Virus record (IMG/VR): IMGVR_UViG_3300022719_000136
Span: 1-41,119 of that record
Source: a virus
Taxonomy: Duplodnaviria > Caudoviricetes
Direction: 5' to 3' (one strand)
DNA: 41,119 nt
This document shows positions 29,709-37,534 of this stretch, in pieces. Numbering within the stretch: position 1 is the first letter of the stretch; the number at the start of each line of letters is the position of its first letter. Below the pieces are notes generated by a model, which ran no database searches, was not told the DNA's origin, and saw only the letters and a program-made list of their open reading frames with translations. A program made the translations under genes and the position numbers.

Positions 29709-29888
29709 TTAAGAGCGCGGAGGAGGCGCGTTCTCTTGCTGATTCTTGTGATTCTTCGCGTAGCGCCAGAACATGCGTTGCCCAATCTCCTGCAACGTCT
29801 CGCCCCTCTCAAAGGCAGCTTTCTTTACGTCAAGCCACAACTCGCTAGAGAGCTTAATCGATATGCTTTTCGTCTCTCTCTCTTTCAC
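29709..29888 (-). CDS. Ribbon-helix-helix DNA-binding protein (59 aa); not in ORF track
   Basis: MKERETKSISIKLSSELWLDVKKAAFERGETLQEI...; GTGA coupling with the upstream gene. Confidence 0.7.
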   Translation of the reverse strand: MKERETKSISIKLSSELWLDVKKAAFERGETLQEIGQRMFWRYAKNHKNQQENAPPPRS

Positions 29889-30175
29889 GCCATCCCCTCC
29901 GAGTCCTTAAAACTCCCTAAAAACTGTCTCCACTGCCAATCCGGCACCGCGATAAACATCTGCTGACGCGGGGACCCCGAGCGACTCATGGGGTCATCGA
30001 GAAAGTAGTCAGCGCCGGAATCAACCAGGTGGTAAGTTTTCTCTTCGGGATGATAATCAAGTAGAACCCAGGTTTGGTCGGAGAACATTATCAGGAGAGT
30101 CTCGTGATGGAAGCCCCCCTCGTAGCTATCCGGCTTCTCCGTAGAAGTATCTAGTGTCTCTTTCTTTGCTCTCAT
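29885..30175 (-). CDS. Hypothetical protein
   Basis: GGAG RBS; 96 aa. Confidence 0.65.
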   Translation of the reverse strand: MRAKKETLDTSTEKPDSYEGGFHHETLLIMFSDQTWVLLDYHPEEKTYHLVDSGADYFLDDPMSRSGSPRQQMFIAVPDWQWRQFLGSFKDSEGMA

Positions 30176-30316
30176 ACCATCTCCAGTCGTCTATTTTTAC
30201 CGTAAGCCTACCTTGCACATCCATGACCTTTATCGAAGGCTTCTTGATGACCTCCAGGACTTCTTCGTGAGGTGCGTCCCGCTCCGTCTCGACGAACTTG
30301 TTAACGTATCGCCAAG

Positions 30317-30715
30317 TCAGCCGGGACGCCTAAAGCTGGTTTGGTTGATTTTTTTCGTCGTCGAATCAACACCGGCTCCTCCTGGTCCTGTGAACACGAA
30401 GTAGACTTCTCGTCCGCGCCGTTCTTTTCTTACGAGCCCCCGCTCAACTAGTTCGCTTGCAAACCTCGATACGCTTGTCCCACCTCTGTCCATGGCCTCA
30501 GCCACCTGCTTGGAGGACATTACTCGGTGTTCTCTAAGCAGCGCCAAGAAAAGCTCACTGGACTGTTTCCTGGTGCGTTGCTTGTAGCTGTTGCGCTTAC
30601 GCCTGCTGCGGCTCGGGGTTTTCGTTCCTGCCCGGATCTGCTCCCTCATCATCAGTCTCCTCACTCTGTCCTCGATTATGGGTATCCCCAGCCATGTCCG
30701 AACTATCTGACGCAT
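30317..30715 (-). CDS. Winged-HTH DNA-binding protein
   Basis: SSKQVAEAM....TSVSR...ELVERGLVRKERRGREVYF; AGGAGG RBS. Confidence 0.8.
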   Translation of the reverse strand: MRQIVRTWLGIPIIEDRVRRLMMREQIRAGTKTPSRSRRKRNSYKQRTRKQSSELFLALLREHRVMSSKQVAEAMDRGGTSVSRFASELVERGLVRKERRGREVYFVFTGPGGAGVDSTTKKINQTSFRRPG

Positions 30716-31049
30716 GTTGTTTTCCTCCTATTTTGTCTAGATAAAGATTAAAAGCTTCTTCGCTACCCTGGTGCCATGCCCTCAGTGCGCTGAAGACGGT
30801 GACTTGTAAAAGCCCGCTAATCACCTCCCCTAGCTCCCCTCGGAACAGAAAAATCTCCTCATCCGCGACGAAGGCCATCGTCGCAGCGGTATAGAGTCCT
30901 GCTAAGTCGTCAGAGAGGGAATTACCGGAGTTCGGCAGTTCCCCGCCCTTCTGTAGGGTGTCCTTAACCGTCAGGGAGATAAGCTTGGTTAGCGCCTCGG
31001 CTGGTTCCGTTGGTATTGTTAATTGAACTGGGTATTGCGTTTCGCTCAT
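30597..31049 (-). CDS. Hypothetical protein
   Basis: 150-aa ORF following recT. Confidence 0.6.
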   Translation of the reverse strand: MSETQYPVQLTIPTEPAEALTKLISLTVKDTLQKGGELPNSGNSLSDDLAGLYTAATMAFVADEEIFLFRGELGEVISGLLQVTVFSALRAWHQGSEEAFNLYLDKIGGKQHASDSSDMAGDTHNRGQSEETDDEGADPGRNENPEPQQA

Positions 31050-31066
31050 GCTGGCTCTTCTGTTGT

Positions 31067-32029
31067 TTAAAACTCTTCGTCGTTGTCGTAAACGCTATCG
31101 TCAAGCGGAGGCGGCCCCTCCATCTTCAGTTCCTCAGCCTGCTTCTTTAGTTCTTCTGCACGCTTCTTTTCTTTGGGCGTTGGCTCCTCTTTCGGGGGTG
31201 CTTTCTTGTCAGCCTCTCGCTCTACGAACTCGGGTATCTGCTCGTTCGGGACATTGATCTCAACGGCCTCGTTCCCTTCGATAAGAGCGTTCTCTCGTTC
31301 GTTTTGCGCGGACGTAAGCGCGTTAAGATCGAGCTTCCTCGTTACGCAGCGGTGAATAACTGTTTTGAGCCCGTATGGAATCCAGTTCTCATGCTCCGGC
31401 CCGGCTTTTTCCATCCCTCCGAACGGCCCGCTCTTTCCTTTAGGGGGAAAACGCTTTGCATGTGTCCAAACTTCATCGTTTGTCATTTGTTCGTGGTAGG
31501 TGTTTCCGAATCTGTCCTTAGCTATCATATAGAACCCGAGTAGACGCCCTCGACCCTGCCCCATTGAAGGAAGCTTATGGGTCACTTGAGGAGTATCACC
31601 TAGCGCAACCTCGTAGTGGTCGTTCTCGTGTATCTCGTGCGCGTTCGCGTAGGTGATCTTCGGGTCACGCCTGATGTTCTTTAACTCACCTTTGTAGCCG
31701 GTCATCAGCGTTGCCGTTGACCCGAACTTTACGACGTGGGCTTCGTTCTTAACGCCGAAGTCTAGCCCTAACTGAGCGGCTTGAATAAAGGCGTTCATTA
31801 ACGAGAGCGGGTCTGTTTTCATCACGGACCAAAGCTCGGGCTTCCCTCTCAGGTAGTAGTAAGCGCTAGTCTTAAACCCATCGACGCTCATGCCGGGAGG
31901 CAGGACAGTCGCCAAGCGAGGAGTCATATCCTCAAGCCCCTTGTTCGCGGTTGCGAGCAGGGACGCCGGAGTTGCTACACCGGAACTGTTCGCCACTTTC
32001 ATTGCTAACTCCTGGGTGTTCTTCGCCAT
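31067..32029 (-). CDS. recT: RecT-family single-strand annealing recombinase
   Basis: SLMNA..QAAQLGL, GYKG, and W...GLKTVIHR motifs; acidic tail; adjacent to YqaJ. Confidence 0.92.
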   Translation of the reverse strand: MAKNTQELAMKVANSSGVATPASLLATANKGLEDMTPRLATVLPPGMSVDGFKTSAYYYLRGKPELWSVMKTDPLSLMNAFIQAAQLGLDFGVKNEAHVVKFGSTATLMTGYKGELKNIRRDPKITYANAHEIHENDHYEVALGDTPQVTHKLPSMGQGRGRLLGFYMIAKDRFGNTYHEQMTNDEVWTHAKRFPPKGKSGPFGGMEKAGPEHENWIPYGLKTVIHRCVTRKLDLNALTSAQNERENALIEGNEAVEINVPNEQIPEFVEREADKKAPPKEEPTPKEKKRAEELKKQAEELKMEGPPPLDDSVYDNDEEF

Positions 32030-32031
32030 GA

Positions 32032-32940
32032 TTATTCCTCGCCTTTTGGAAACGTTACTCTGAACGGCCTGGTTAAAGTGGTTTTCTTCACTGTCTCGTA
32101 AATCTCGGGAAGCTCTTCCTTAAGCTGTTTGGCATCTACCGAGGTGCGGTTATACGCCTTCCAGGAAGCTCGGTAATCGTTACAGACGAGGTGCTCCGCG
32201 TCCTTCATTATCGCCTGAAGCTCAGCCCGAGCCTTCGCCTGCTTCTTACTCCAGTTATCAATCGCGTTTTTGGACTCTTCGAGAATTTCAAAGAGTTGGA
32301 GAATTTCAGGATCGCTCGTTACTACCTCCCACCCGTCCTGATGTGCCGGGTAGATCCTTTTTATGACGTTCACGTCGTTGGCGCTGATGTCGGGAGGCGT
32401 GTTGGTTTCGACTAGCTTCCAGAAGTCTTTAAGCTGCTCCGTAATCCCGTCTGCCAGCAGCTCGGAGAACTCAACTTCACGAAGCACAAACGAGTTGCCT
32501 CCAATAAGCCCTGCTACGTGTGCAGAATGAATCCCCGTCACGTTCATCTGATGGGTTGTCTGTATGTGCGCGTAGTCGGGAATAGCGCCATCTTCCCATT
32601 CCTTCTTCTTGAACCAGCTTGTGTTTTTGCACTCTAGGATAGAAGGCTTGTAGCTGAGGTAGTCGGGCGTGGCGGAAATGTATTCGGGTAGTTTGGGGTT
32701 TCTATATGACTCGTTGTTCTTCGTGTAGGGAACCCCGAGGTCCTGCATGGCTCGCTCGGCTATCACCGGCTCCAGTGCGTTCCCCCAGTAGGTAAACTCA
32801 TTCCCTTCAAACGGGGGCAGTAGTCCAACAAGCCTTGCCCACACCGCGTAGGGGGTGGAGTCATTGCCGAGCCCCATGCCTAAGATTGCAGGCACATCAC
32901 TTGAGCCTATCGTCCGTTGCCTGCCTCGTTCTTCGCTCAT
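32032..32940 (-). CDS. YqaJ-like exonuclease (RecE analogue)
   Basis: IGSSD...ILG, WG..LEP, ATPD, LECK and Q..HQM motifs; AGGAG RBS before ATG at 32940. Confidence 0.92.
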   Translation of the reverse strand: MSEERGRQRTIGSSDVPAILGMGLGNDSTPYAVWARLVGLLPPFEGNEFTYWGNALEPVIAERAMQDLGVPYTKNNESYRNPKLPEYISATPDYLSYKPSILECKNTSWFKKKEWEDGAIPDYAHIQTTHQMNVTGIHSAHVAGLIGGNSFVLREVEFSELLADGITEQLKDFWKLVETNTPPDISANDVNVIKRIYPAHQDGWEVVTSDPEILQLFEILEESKNAIDNWSKKQAKARAELQAIMKDAEHLVCNDYRASWKAYNRTSVDAKQLKEELPEIYETVKKTTLTRPFRVTFPKGEE

Positions 32941-32949
32941 TTCATCTCC

Positions 32950-33030
32950 TGTGGTCATGAAGTCATGCAATGCTAATGTCGTGACTACATGACTCCATGG
33001 CATCATGTCAATAAATTTATTTTTATTTCC
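32950..33030 (-). promoter_or_regulatory. Leftward promoter region for the recombination operon
   Basis: Perfect TTGACA at 33006-33011 on the minus strand with an AT-rich UP-like element; -10 unclear; clustered CATG motifs. Confidence 0.5.
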
Positions 33031-33099
33031 GTGCCTGCACACCGGGTTTCGGGATTCGGAAGAGCAACAAATACGGGTTAGCCCTTATAGGGTTTAGGA

Positions 33100-33128
33100 T
33101 TGCAAGGCTGCCTCTTCTGATTTATTCT
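33100..33128 (+). promoter_or_regulatory. Sigma70-like promoter for the replication operon
   Basis: TTGCAA-17 bp-TATTCT upstream of 33155. Confidence 0.6.
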
Positions 33129-33154
33129 AGTGCCTTAGAATTACCAGGGGGCAC

Positions 33155-33361
33155 ATGGGCAAACAATTATATTTAAGCAGGGATGAGTTAGCATCTACCC
33201 TATTAGTGAGTACTAGAAAGGTCGATGAGTGGGTTGCTAAGGGCCTGCCGCATATTCGGGACAACCGGATCGTGCGTTTCGACGCCGAGATGGTTGATAG
33301 GTGGCTCGTTGATACGTTTGGCGTGAACTACTCCAAGGCTGACCACGATGCCAGCCAGTAA
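33155..33361 (+). CDS. Excisionase/MerR-like HTH protein
   Basis: YLSRDELA..L.VS.RKV..W...GLP.IR....VRFD...V.RWL. Confidence 0.85.
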   Translation: MGKQLYLSRDELASTLLVSTRKVDEWVAKGLPHIRDNRIVRFDAEMVDRWLVDTFGVNYSKADHDASQ

Positions 33362-34241
33362 CGGCGGGTGGGTGAAAATTCACCGCTCAATGCTCAACTG
33401 GGAGTGGGTAAGCGAGCCGGATACCCTCTGTCTTTTCGTGCATCTTCTCCTGTTGGCTAACCACAAAAAGAGCCGCTGGAGGGGGGTTGAGGTCGAGCGG
33501 GGGCAATGCATAATCGGGCGAAAAAAACTCAGTAAGGCCACCGGCTTATCAGAGAGGAAAATTCGCACTTCGTTAAAGAGGCTAAAATCGACCAGCGAAA
33601 TAACCAGCAGATCGACCAACAGATTTACGCTGATAACTATTTGTAATTACGACAAATACCAGGTAACAGAAGACCAAGGCGACCAGCAGATCGACCAGCA
33701 GATCGACCAGCGATCGACCAGCGATCGACCACAAACAAGAAGGAAAGAAGATCAAGAAGATCATTTCGTAAGTACATCTAGTACCAACAGCGTACATAGA
33801 AAGGGGGGTACGGGGGGGGGACAACTCCCGAAGAAGAAGCCCCTTAATCCCCCCAACGGGAAAATAACTGATATTACTAATATGGAATTGCCTGGGGTCT
33901 TCAATGCCCCTCGTGCAAGGCAGGCGCTTCAGGAGTGGCTAGACTACAAGCGCGAGAAGCGGCAAACCTACACCCCTCGGGGCTTCAAAAAGCTCCTCAC
34001 CGAGAGGAAGGACTGGACGATCCAGGAGCTAGTCGACGGCGTGAACCATTCAATGGGATCGAACTACAGCGGGTTGTTTAAGAAGCGACCAGACGCAGGG
34101 CAGGGGGTCTACGTTAACGAGAGCGCCTACGAGCGCCAAATGCGCCAGGCTAAAGAGAGGTTTGTTAAACAACGACAGAAGGAGATCGAGGATGAGAACA
34201 AGAGGAGAGATACAGGGAATCTTATTGGGCCTGAAGGCTAG
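33348..34241 (+). CDS. Replication initiator (lambda O-like)
   Basis: GWVKIHRS...WEW, HLLL.ANH, RGQ, ITICNYDKYQ; C-terminal W.DYK.EK...NYSGLF; internal iterons. Confidence 0.88.
   Translation: MPASNGGWVKIHRSMLNWEWVSEPDTLCLFVHLLLLANHKKSRWRGVEVERGQCIIGRKKLSKATGLSERKIRTSLKRLKSTSEITSRSTNRFTLITICNYDKYQVTEDQGDQQIDQQIDQRSTSDRPQTRRKEDQEDHFVSTSSTNSVHRKGGTGGGQLPKKKPLNPPNGKITDITNMELPGVFNAPRARQALQEWLDYKREKRQTYTPRGFKKLLTERKDWTIQELVDGVNHSMGSNYSGLFKKRPDAGQGVYVNESAYERQMRQAKERFVKQRQKEIEDENKRRDTGNLIGPEG
33586..33731. repeat. Iteron array / probable replication origin
   Basis: Five tandem 11-12 bp (GAT)CGACCAGC-type units at 33680-33731 and degenerate copies at 33586-33624, followed by an A-rich stretch. Confidence 0.8.
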
Positions 34242-34851
34242 GTTTCAATACTTCCAGATTGACGACGCCACAGAACTTGTCTGGTGGCAGGACTTCAGGC
34301 ACGAATCCCTGAAGGACCTACAAGCCGCAGCGCATCACCTAACCGAGATGGAGATTACCGGAGCCCCTAATGCTGCCCTCTTCTCCCAAGCGCTAGACGC
34401 TATCCGGGCACGCCGTATGCTCACGGCCCCCACAGACAGCCGACCTCCTGCCACCAGGCAACAATACCCCGGCATGGAAACCTATGAGGTTAAGCGGTTT
34501 GTAGAAAAAAACAAGGGAGGCCGCATAGTTAAGGAGGAGGAGACTCGTCGCTACCTACGGGCGAACCACCCCCTTTTCGCAGAGATAGCAAAGCAGCGCA
34601 TTGCGGAGGGCTATTGTGTTGTAGCCGATGAGCCAGACGCCCAGGGAAGAATTTGCTGGGCCTGGAGAAAAAAAGAGGACTGCGTCAGGGTCGCTGGTTT
34701 CGTAACGCTCAAGGGCGTGAGACTCCCCCGATACCAACTAAAGGAATACACAGCGGTAGAACCGGGAAGTGGGGAGGCATCGGCCATGGTGGACTCTAGG
34801 CTCCCAGGCTCCCGTCAGACAGAGAAAAGAAGGGTTTGGGTGAAGGAGTAG
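34192..34851 (+). CDS. Putative helicase loader/inhibitor (G39P-like N-terminus)
   Basis: Follows the initiator; VWWQDF.......AA........PN pattern; AAGGAG RBS. Confidence 0.55.
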   Translation: MRTRGEIQGILLGLKARFQYFQIDDATELVWWQDFRHESLKDLQAAAHHLTEMEITGAPNAALFSQALDAIRARRMLTAPTDSRPPATRQQYPGMETYEVKRFVEKNKGGRIVKEEETRRYLRANHPLFAEIAKQRIAEGYCVVADEPDAQGRICWAWRKKEDCVRVAGFVTLKGVRLPRYQLKEYTAVEPGSGEASAMVDSRLPGSRQTEKRRVWVKE

Positions 34852-34900
34852 TCCCATGAGACAAACGTGCCGCTAAGAGGCACGCAGAGCCTCGTATAGC

Positions 34901-35230
34901 CTATCTACTATCCAGTTCCTCCGGCCAGCGCTCTTGAAACTTTTGGAGCATATGTGCCGCAAAGCCAAGCGCACACGGCTCTGCTAGTTCTACGCTGTGC
35001 TTTTTATCTATCTTCTGTATCTCCGCGCTAATCATTGCAATCACTTCCCGCAGCACCTTCCCGCGCTCGTCGGCGCGGATATCATCTGCATCATATTCGT
35101 AGCAATCTAGTTGTTCTTGCAGCTCCTTAATTTCTTTACTCGCAATGTCTCCCCATTCAATGCCGCAACTCACACAGTAACGATCATTTCCCGATCCGTT
35201 CCATCTATGATTGATCCCATCACATCCCAT
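34901..35230 (-). CDS. Hypothetical protein
   Basis: TAATG coupling; N-terminal C..H..CVSC. Confidence 0.65.
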   Translation of the reverse strand: MGCDGINHRWNGSGNDRYCVSCGIEWGDIASKEIKELQEQLDCYEYDADDIRADERGKVLREVIAMISAEIQKIDKKHSVELAEPCALGFAAHMLQKFQERWPEELDSR

Positions 35231-35436
35231 TACTCATCCCCGATCTCCTGTTCTCTCGTGCCCCACGGTTTTTGCTTTAAAATGTTTCGAGCTTGTTCCT
35301 CAGTATAATAATCCCCTTTAAACCAAACCCAGTCATTACCGGCACACGGACCCATCGACCAGCGCTCTTGCCATTCCCGCCAGTTGTTCATCACGGGGGC
35401 ATAATAACCATCTAGCCATTCTTCTTGCTCACTCAT
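35230..35436 (-). CDS. Hypothetical protein (Trp-rich)
   Basis: Tiling with AGGAG RBS. Confidence 0.65.
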   Translation of the reverse strand: MSEQEEWLDGYYAPVMNNWREWQERWSMGPCAGNDWVWFKGDYYTEEQARNILKQKPWGTREQEIGDE

Positions 35437-35641
35437 CCCCGATCTCCTTCGCGAACACTTTATTGAGCCACTGTGATAATTCTCTTATTTTTTCTACAGA
35501 GAGTAACGCTTCCATCTCATCATCTTCCTCAGGTCCTATCATCAGCACGACAGAAACAAGGCCGTCCCCACGAAACGTTATCGAGAGCCTTTCCCCCTCG
35601 TCGAAAAACTCGCTAAAGTTTCCTTCCTCCCACTCAATCAT
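35429..35641 (-). CDS. Hypothetical protein
   Basis: AAGGAG RBS; tiling. Confidence 0.7.
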   Translation of the reverse strand: MIEWEEGNFSEFFDEGERLSITFRGDGLVSVVLMIGPEEDDEMEALLSVEKIRELSQWLNKVFAKEIGDE

Positions 35642-35813
35642 TGTCGATCTCCTTCGCTTTGGCTAAGACTTCTGACAAAGTCCATTCTTTCCCGTCGCTG
35701 AATCCACTTCCGAATGAGTTGTAAAACTGCTTACGGTCTTCTCGCGCTTGCCGCTTTGCATCTTCATGCATCTCCTCCAACCACGTCACAAGTTCTTGCA
35801 AATCAGGGCTCAT
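35634..35813 (-). CDS. Hypothetical protein (59 aa, MSPDLQEL...); not in ORF track
   Basis: ATGA coupling; fills the gap exactly. Confidence 0.65.
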   Translation of the reverse strand: MSPDLQELVTWLEEMHEDAKRQAREDRKQFYNSFGSGFSDGKEWTLSEVLAKAKEIDND

Positions 35814-36334
35814 GCGTCACCACCGCTCAAATAATACATCAACCGTTCTTGTTGCCATTTGCGTTCCGCATCCCAAGTCGCATCCCAAGCCGCAGCCCAA
35901 GCCGCAGCCCAAGCCGTAGCTAATTCGTGTTCAGTTATTTCCCCGCGAGCGAACTTTCTCGTAGCGTCAATGTAGTCACGAATACTCCTGTCGTTCGGAT
36001 ATTTTGCCTCGTAAAAATGTAACACCCGCTCGGCACAATCAGCAGCAAATAGACGAGCGGTTTTATCATTCCAGATTTCAACGTGCCTAACTAGCCGCAT
36101 CTCTTGCGCGCAGTTTTTATTATCCCCGTGCAGTACGTCACCTCGCACCTCTACTTCGTAGAGCTCATCGCTTAGCCAGTCCAGCAATTGAGATTCGGTC
36201 ACATAATGGTAGCCAGCACTGCACAGCTCCAGCTTCTCGATTTTCGGCATCCACTCACCAAGCGGATAAATGAAGTCACGCACGCAGACAGACTGACAGT
36301 TTGTTCGTGTGAATTTATAAAGCGTTTTACTCAT
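35810..36334 (-). CDS. Imm5-like helical protein with AAAW repeats
   Basis: LC.AG.H N-domain; FAADCAERVL..YE..YPND..IR...FARGEIT; 12-bp repeats at about 35866-35917. Confidence 0.7.
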   Translation of the reverse strand: MSKTLYKFTRTNCQSVCVRDFIYPLGEWMPKIEKLELCSAGYHYVTESQLLDWLSDELYEVEVRGDVLHGDNKNCAQEMRLVRHVEIWNDKTARLFAADCAERVLHFYEAKYPNDRSIRDYIDATRKFARGEITEHELATAWAAAWAAAWDATWDAERKWQQERLMYYLSGGDA

Positions 36335-36521
36335 CAGTCGTTCCTCGTTCCTCACCCGACACCTGAAACACAGCGACAATCGTAGAGAGGATTAGGATTA
36401 GCCCTTGGGTCAGGATCGGCACCCAGATGGGAGCCAGTACCCAGAACCAAGAGATGTGAATAACGTTTTCATCCTTAGCGATAGCCAGAACGATTGTTAA
36501 CAGAACCAGTGAGGTTGCCAT
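36327..36521 (-). CDS. Small membrane protein
   Basis: Two hydrophobic segments; I.ISWFWVLAPIW.P motif; GGAGG RBS. Confidence 0.75.
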   Translation of the reverse strand: MATSLVLLTIVLAIAKDENVIHISWFWVLAPIWVPILTQGLILILSTIVAVFQVSGEERGTTDE

Positions 36522-36544
36522 GTTGTTTCCTCCGTCTTCTAGGC

Positions 36545-36907
36545 TTAGCCAATCGCCTCGCCCACCTCTTTGTAATTGCCCTCATGCATCGTCTTGCCGC
36601 GACTCAGGTAGATGCTCCAGCCTTCAGCCGGGTCCGTCTGGTGAAACAGCTCAAGGCCATTGAGAGACGCCACCTCCCCCGCCTCGTCCTGAAGCCTGGC
36701 AATCTTGATGGCTGTCAACTCCTGGACCTTGGCACAATACCCCTGGTATGCCCCCCAGGACTCCGTTCGGAACTTCTTTCTGTCAGTCCCGTTACATTGA
36801 GTCTCGTAAAGTTGGTTCAGCTCTCTCGACATTTTTATGAATTTGTTCAGGAGGCCAGGGGAAATCCCCAGCTCCTCCCTCACCCTTCGCTTCTCTTGCA
36901 TCATCAT
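36545..36907 (-). CDS. Hypothetical protein
   Basis: GGAGG RBS; ...E.QCNG and HQTDP..GW..Y segments. Confidence 0.7.
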   Translation of the reverse strand: MMMQEKRRVREELGISPGLLNKFIKMSRELNQLYETQCNGTDRKKFRTESWGAYQGYCAKVQELTAIKIARLQDEAGEVASLNGLELFHQTDPAEGWSIYLSRGKTMHEGNYKEVGEAIG

Positions 36908-37009
36908 GTTGCTAAGTTCCTCCCGGCCCTTCTGTGTTGCTAAGTTGCTAAATTACCCCTTGCGGGGGGAGCCAGGGAAGTTGCTAAGTTCAACCCCATC
37001 CCTGGCTCC
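36908..37009 (-). promoter_or_regulatory. Structured leader with AACTTAGCAAC repeats
   Basis: Three exact 11-mers plus one variant; 11-bp inverted repeat at 36968-36978/36999-37009; GCAA tetraloop hairpin. Confidence 0.6.
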
Positions 37010-37025
37010 AGCCAATTTAGGAGAT

Positions 37026-37058
37026 AAAAAGGGGGACGGTCCCGAAGGACCGCACCCG
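37026..37058 (-). terminator. Rho-independent terminator downstream of the Ubl gene
   Basis: CGGTCC-TTCG-GGACCG stem with cUUCGg loop and extension, followed by T5 on the minus strand. Confidence 0.8.
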
Positions 37059-37154
37059 TGTAAGCTCCTCTAAATACTAAATAAAACCGCTACCCAAAAC
37101 CAGGTGACTGCTAGTATCACAACGCTAGCTAGCAGCGCCTTTATCGTCTCCACG

Positions 37155-37361
37155 TTAAACCGCCGATCCGGTGGCTTTAGCGAGGATAATAGTGTCGTTT
37201 TCCTCGATGCTATCACCGGGCTCCGCCGATCGGTTATTCAACCTGATCGCATGTCCCGACACGCTGTAGCCAGCAGATTCGACCGCTTCTTTGACCGTAG
37301 ATCCATCAGTTTCCACGGTAATTGTCTTGTCATTTGGGATAATCACCAAATATACACGCAT
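37155..37361 (-). CDS. Ubiquitin-like beta-grasp protein (ThiS/MoaD-like, 68 aa)
   Basis: AAGGAG RBS; beta-beta-STVKEAVESAG helix-IRLNN...IEENDTIIL-AKATGSAV; adjacent to E2/JAB/E1 genes. Confidence 0.8.
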   Translation of the reverse strand: MRVYLVIIPNDKTITVETDGSTVKEAVESAGYSVSGHAIRLNNRSAEPGDSIEENDTIILAKATGSAV

Positions 37362-37409
37362 GATGTTACTCCTTTTCCTTGGCTTATGATCAGCACCATT
37401 GCCGACCAC

Positions 37410-37534
37410 CTAAAGCCACAATACACGAAAAAAAATAAAAAGAAAAGAAAAAGATAACTTTTATAAAAAATAAAATAAGTGTAGACTATAGATATGGTGC
37501 GGTAGACCGCGTTTAGCAAAACAGGAGAAAAACA
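37410..37534. promoter_or_regulatory. A-tract-rich divergent promoter region
   Basis: Long A-tracts; GTAGAC twice; small palindrome GCGGT-AG-ACCGC; ACAGGAG RBS. Confidence 0.55.

Noticed and set aside
30125-30325. Open minus-strand frame (WRYVNKFVETERD...) between the wHTH gene and 29885-30175
   Set aside because: Protein-like but has no convincing start codon or RBS, so it cannot be supported as a gene or frameshift product.
33155-33361. Excisionase as evidence of an integrating prophage
   Set aside because: No integrase or att site was recognised; this HTH family often acts as a plain regulator.
36908-36990. Mini-CRISPR array
   Set aside because: Repeats are only 11 bp with irregular spacing, and there are no cas genes.
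37104-37457. Plus-strand 117-aa ORF over the Ubl gene
   Set aside because: Antisense shadow with no RBS; it runs into the A-tract.
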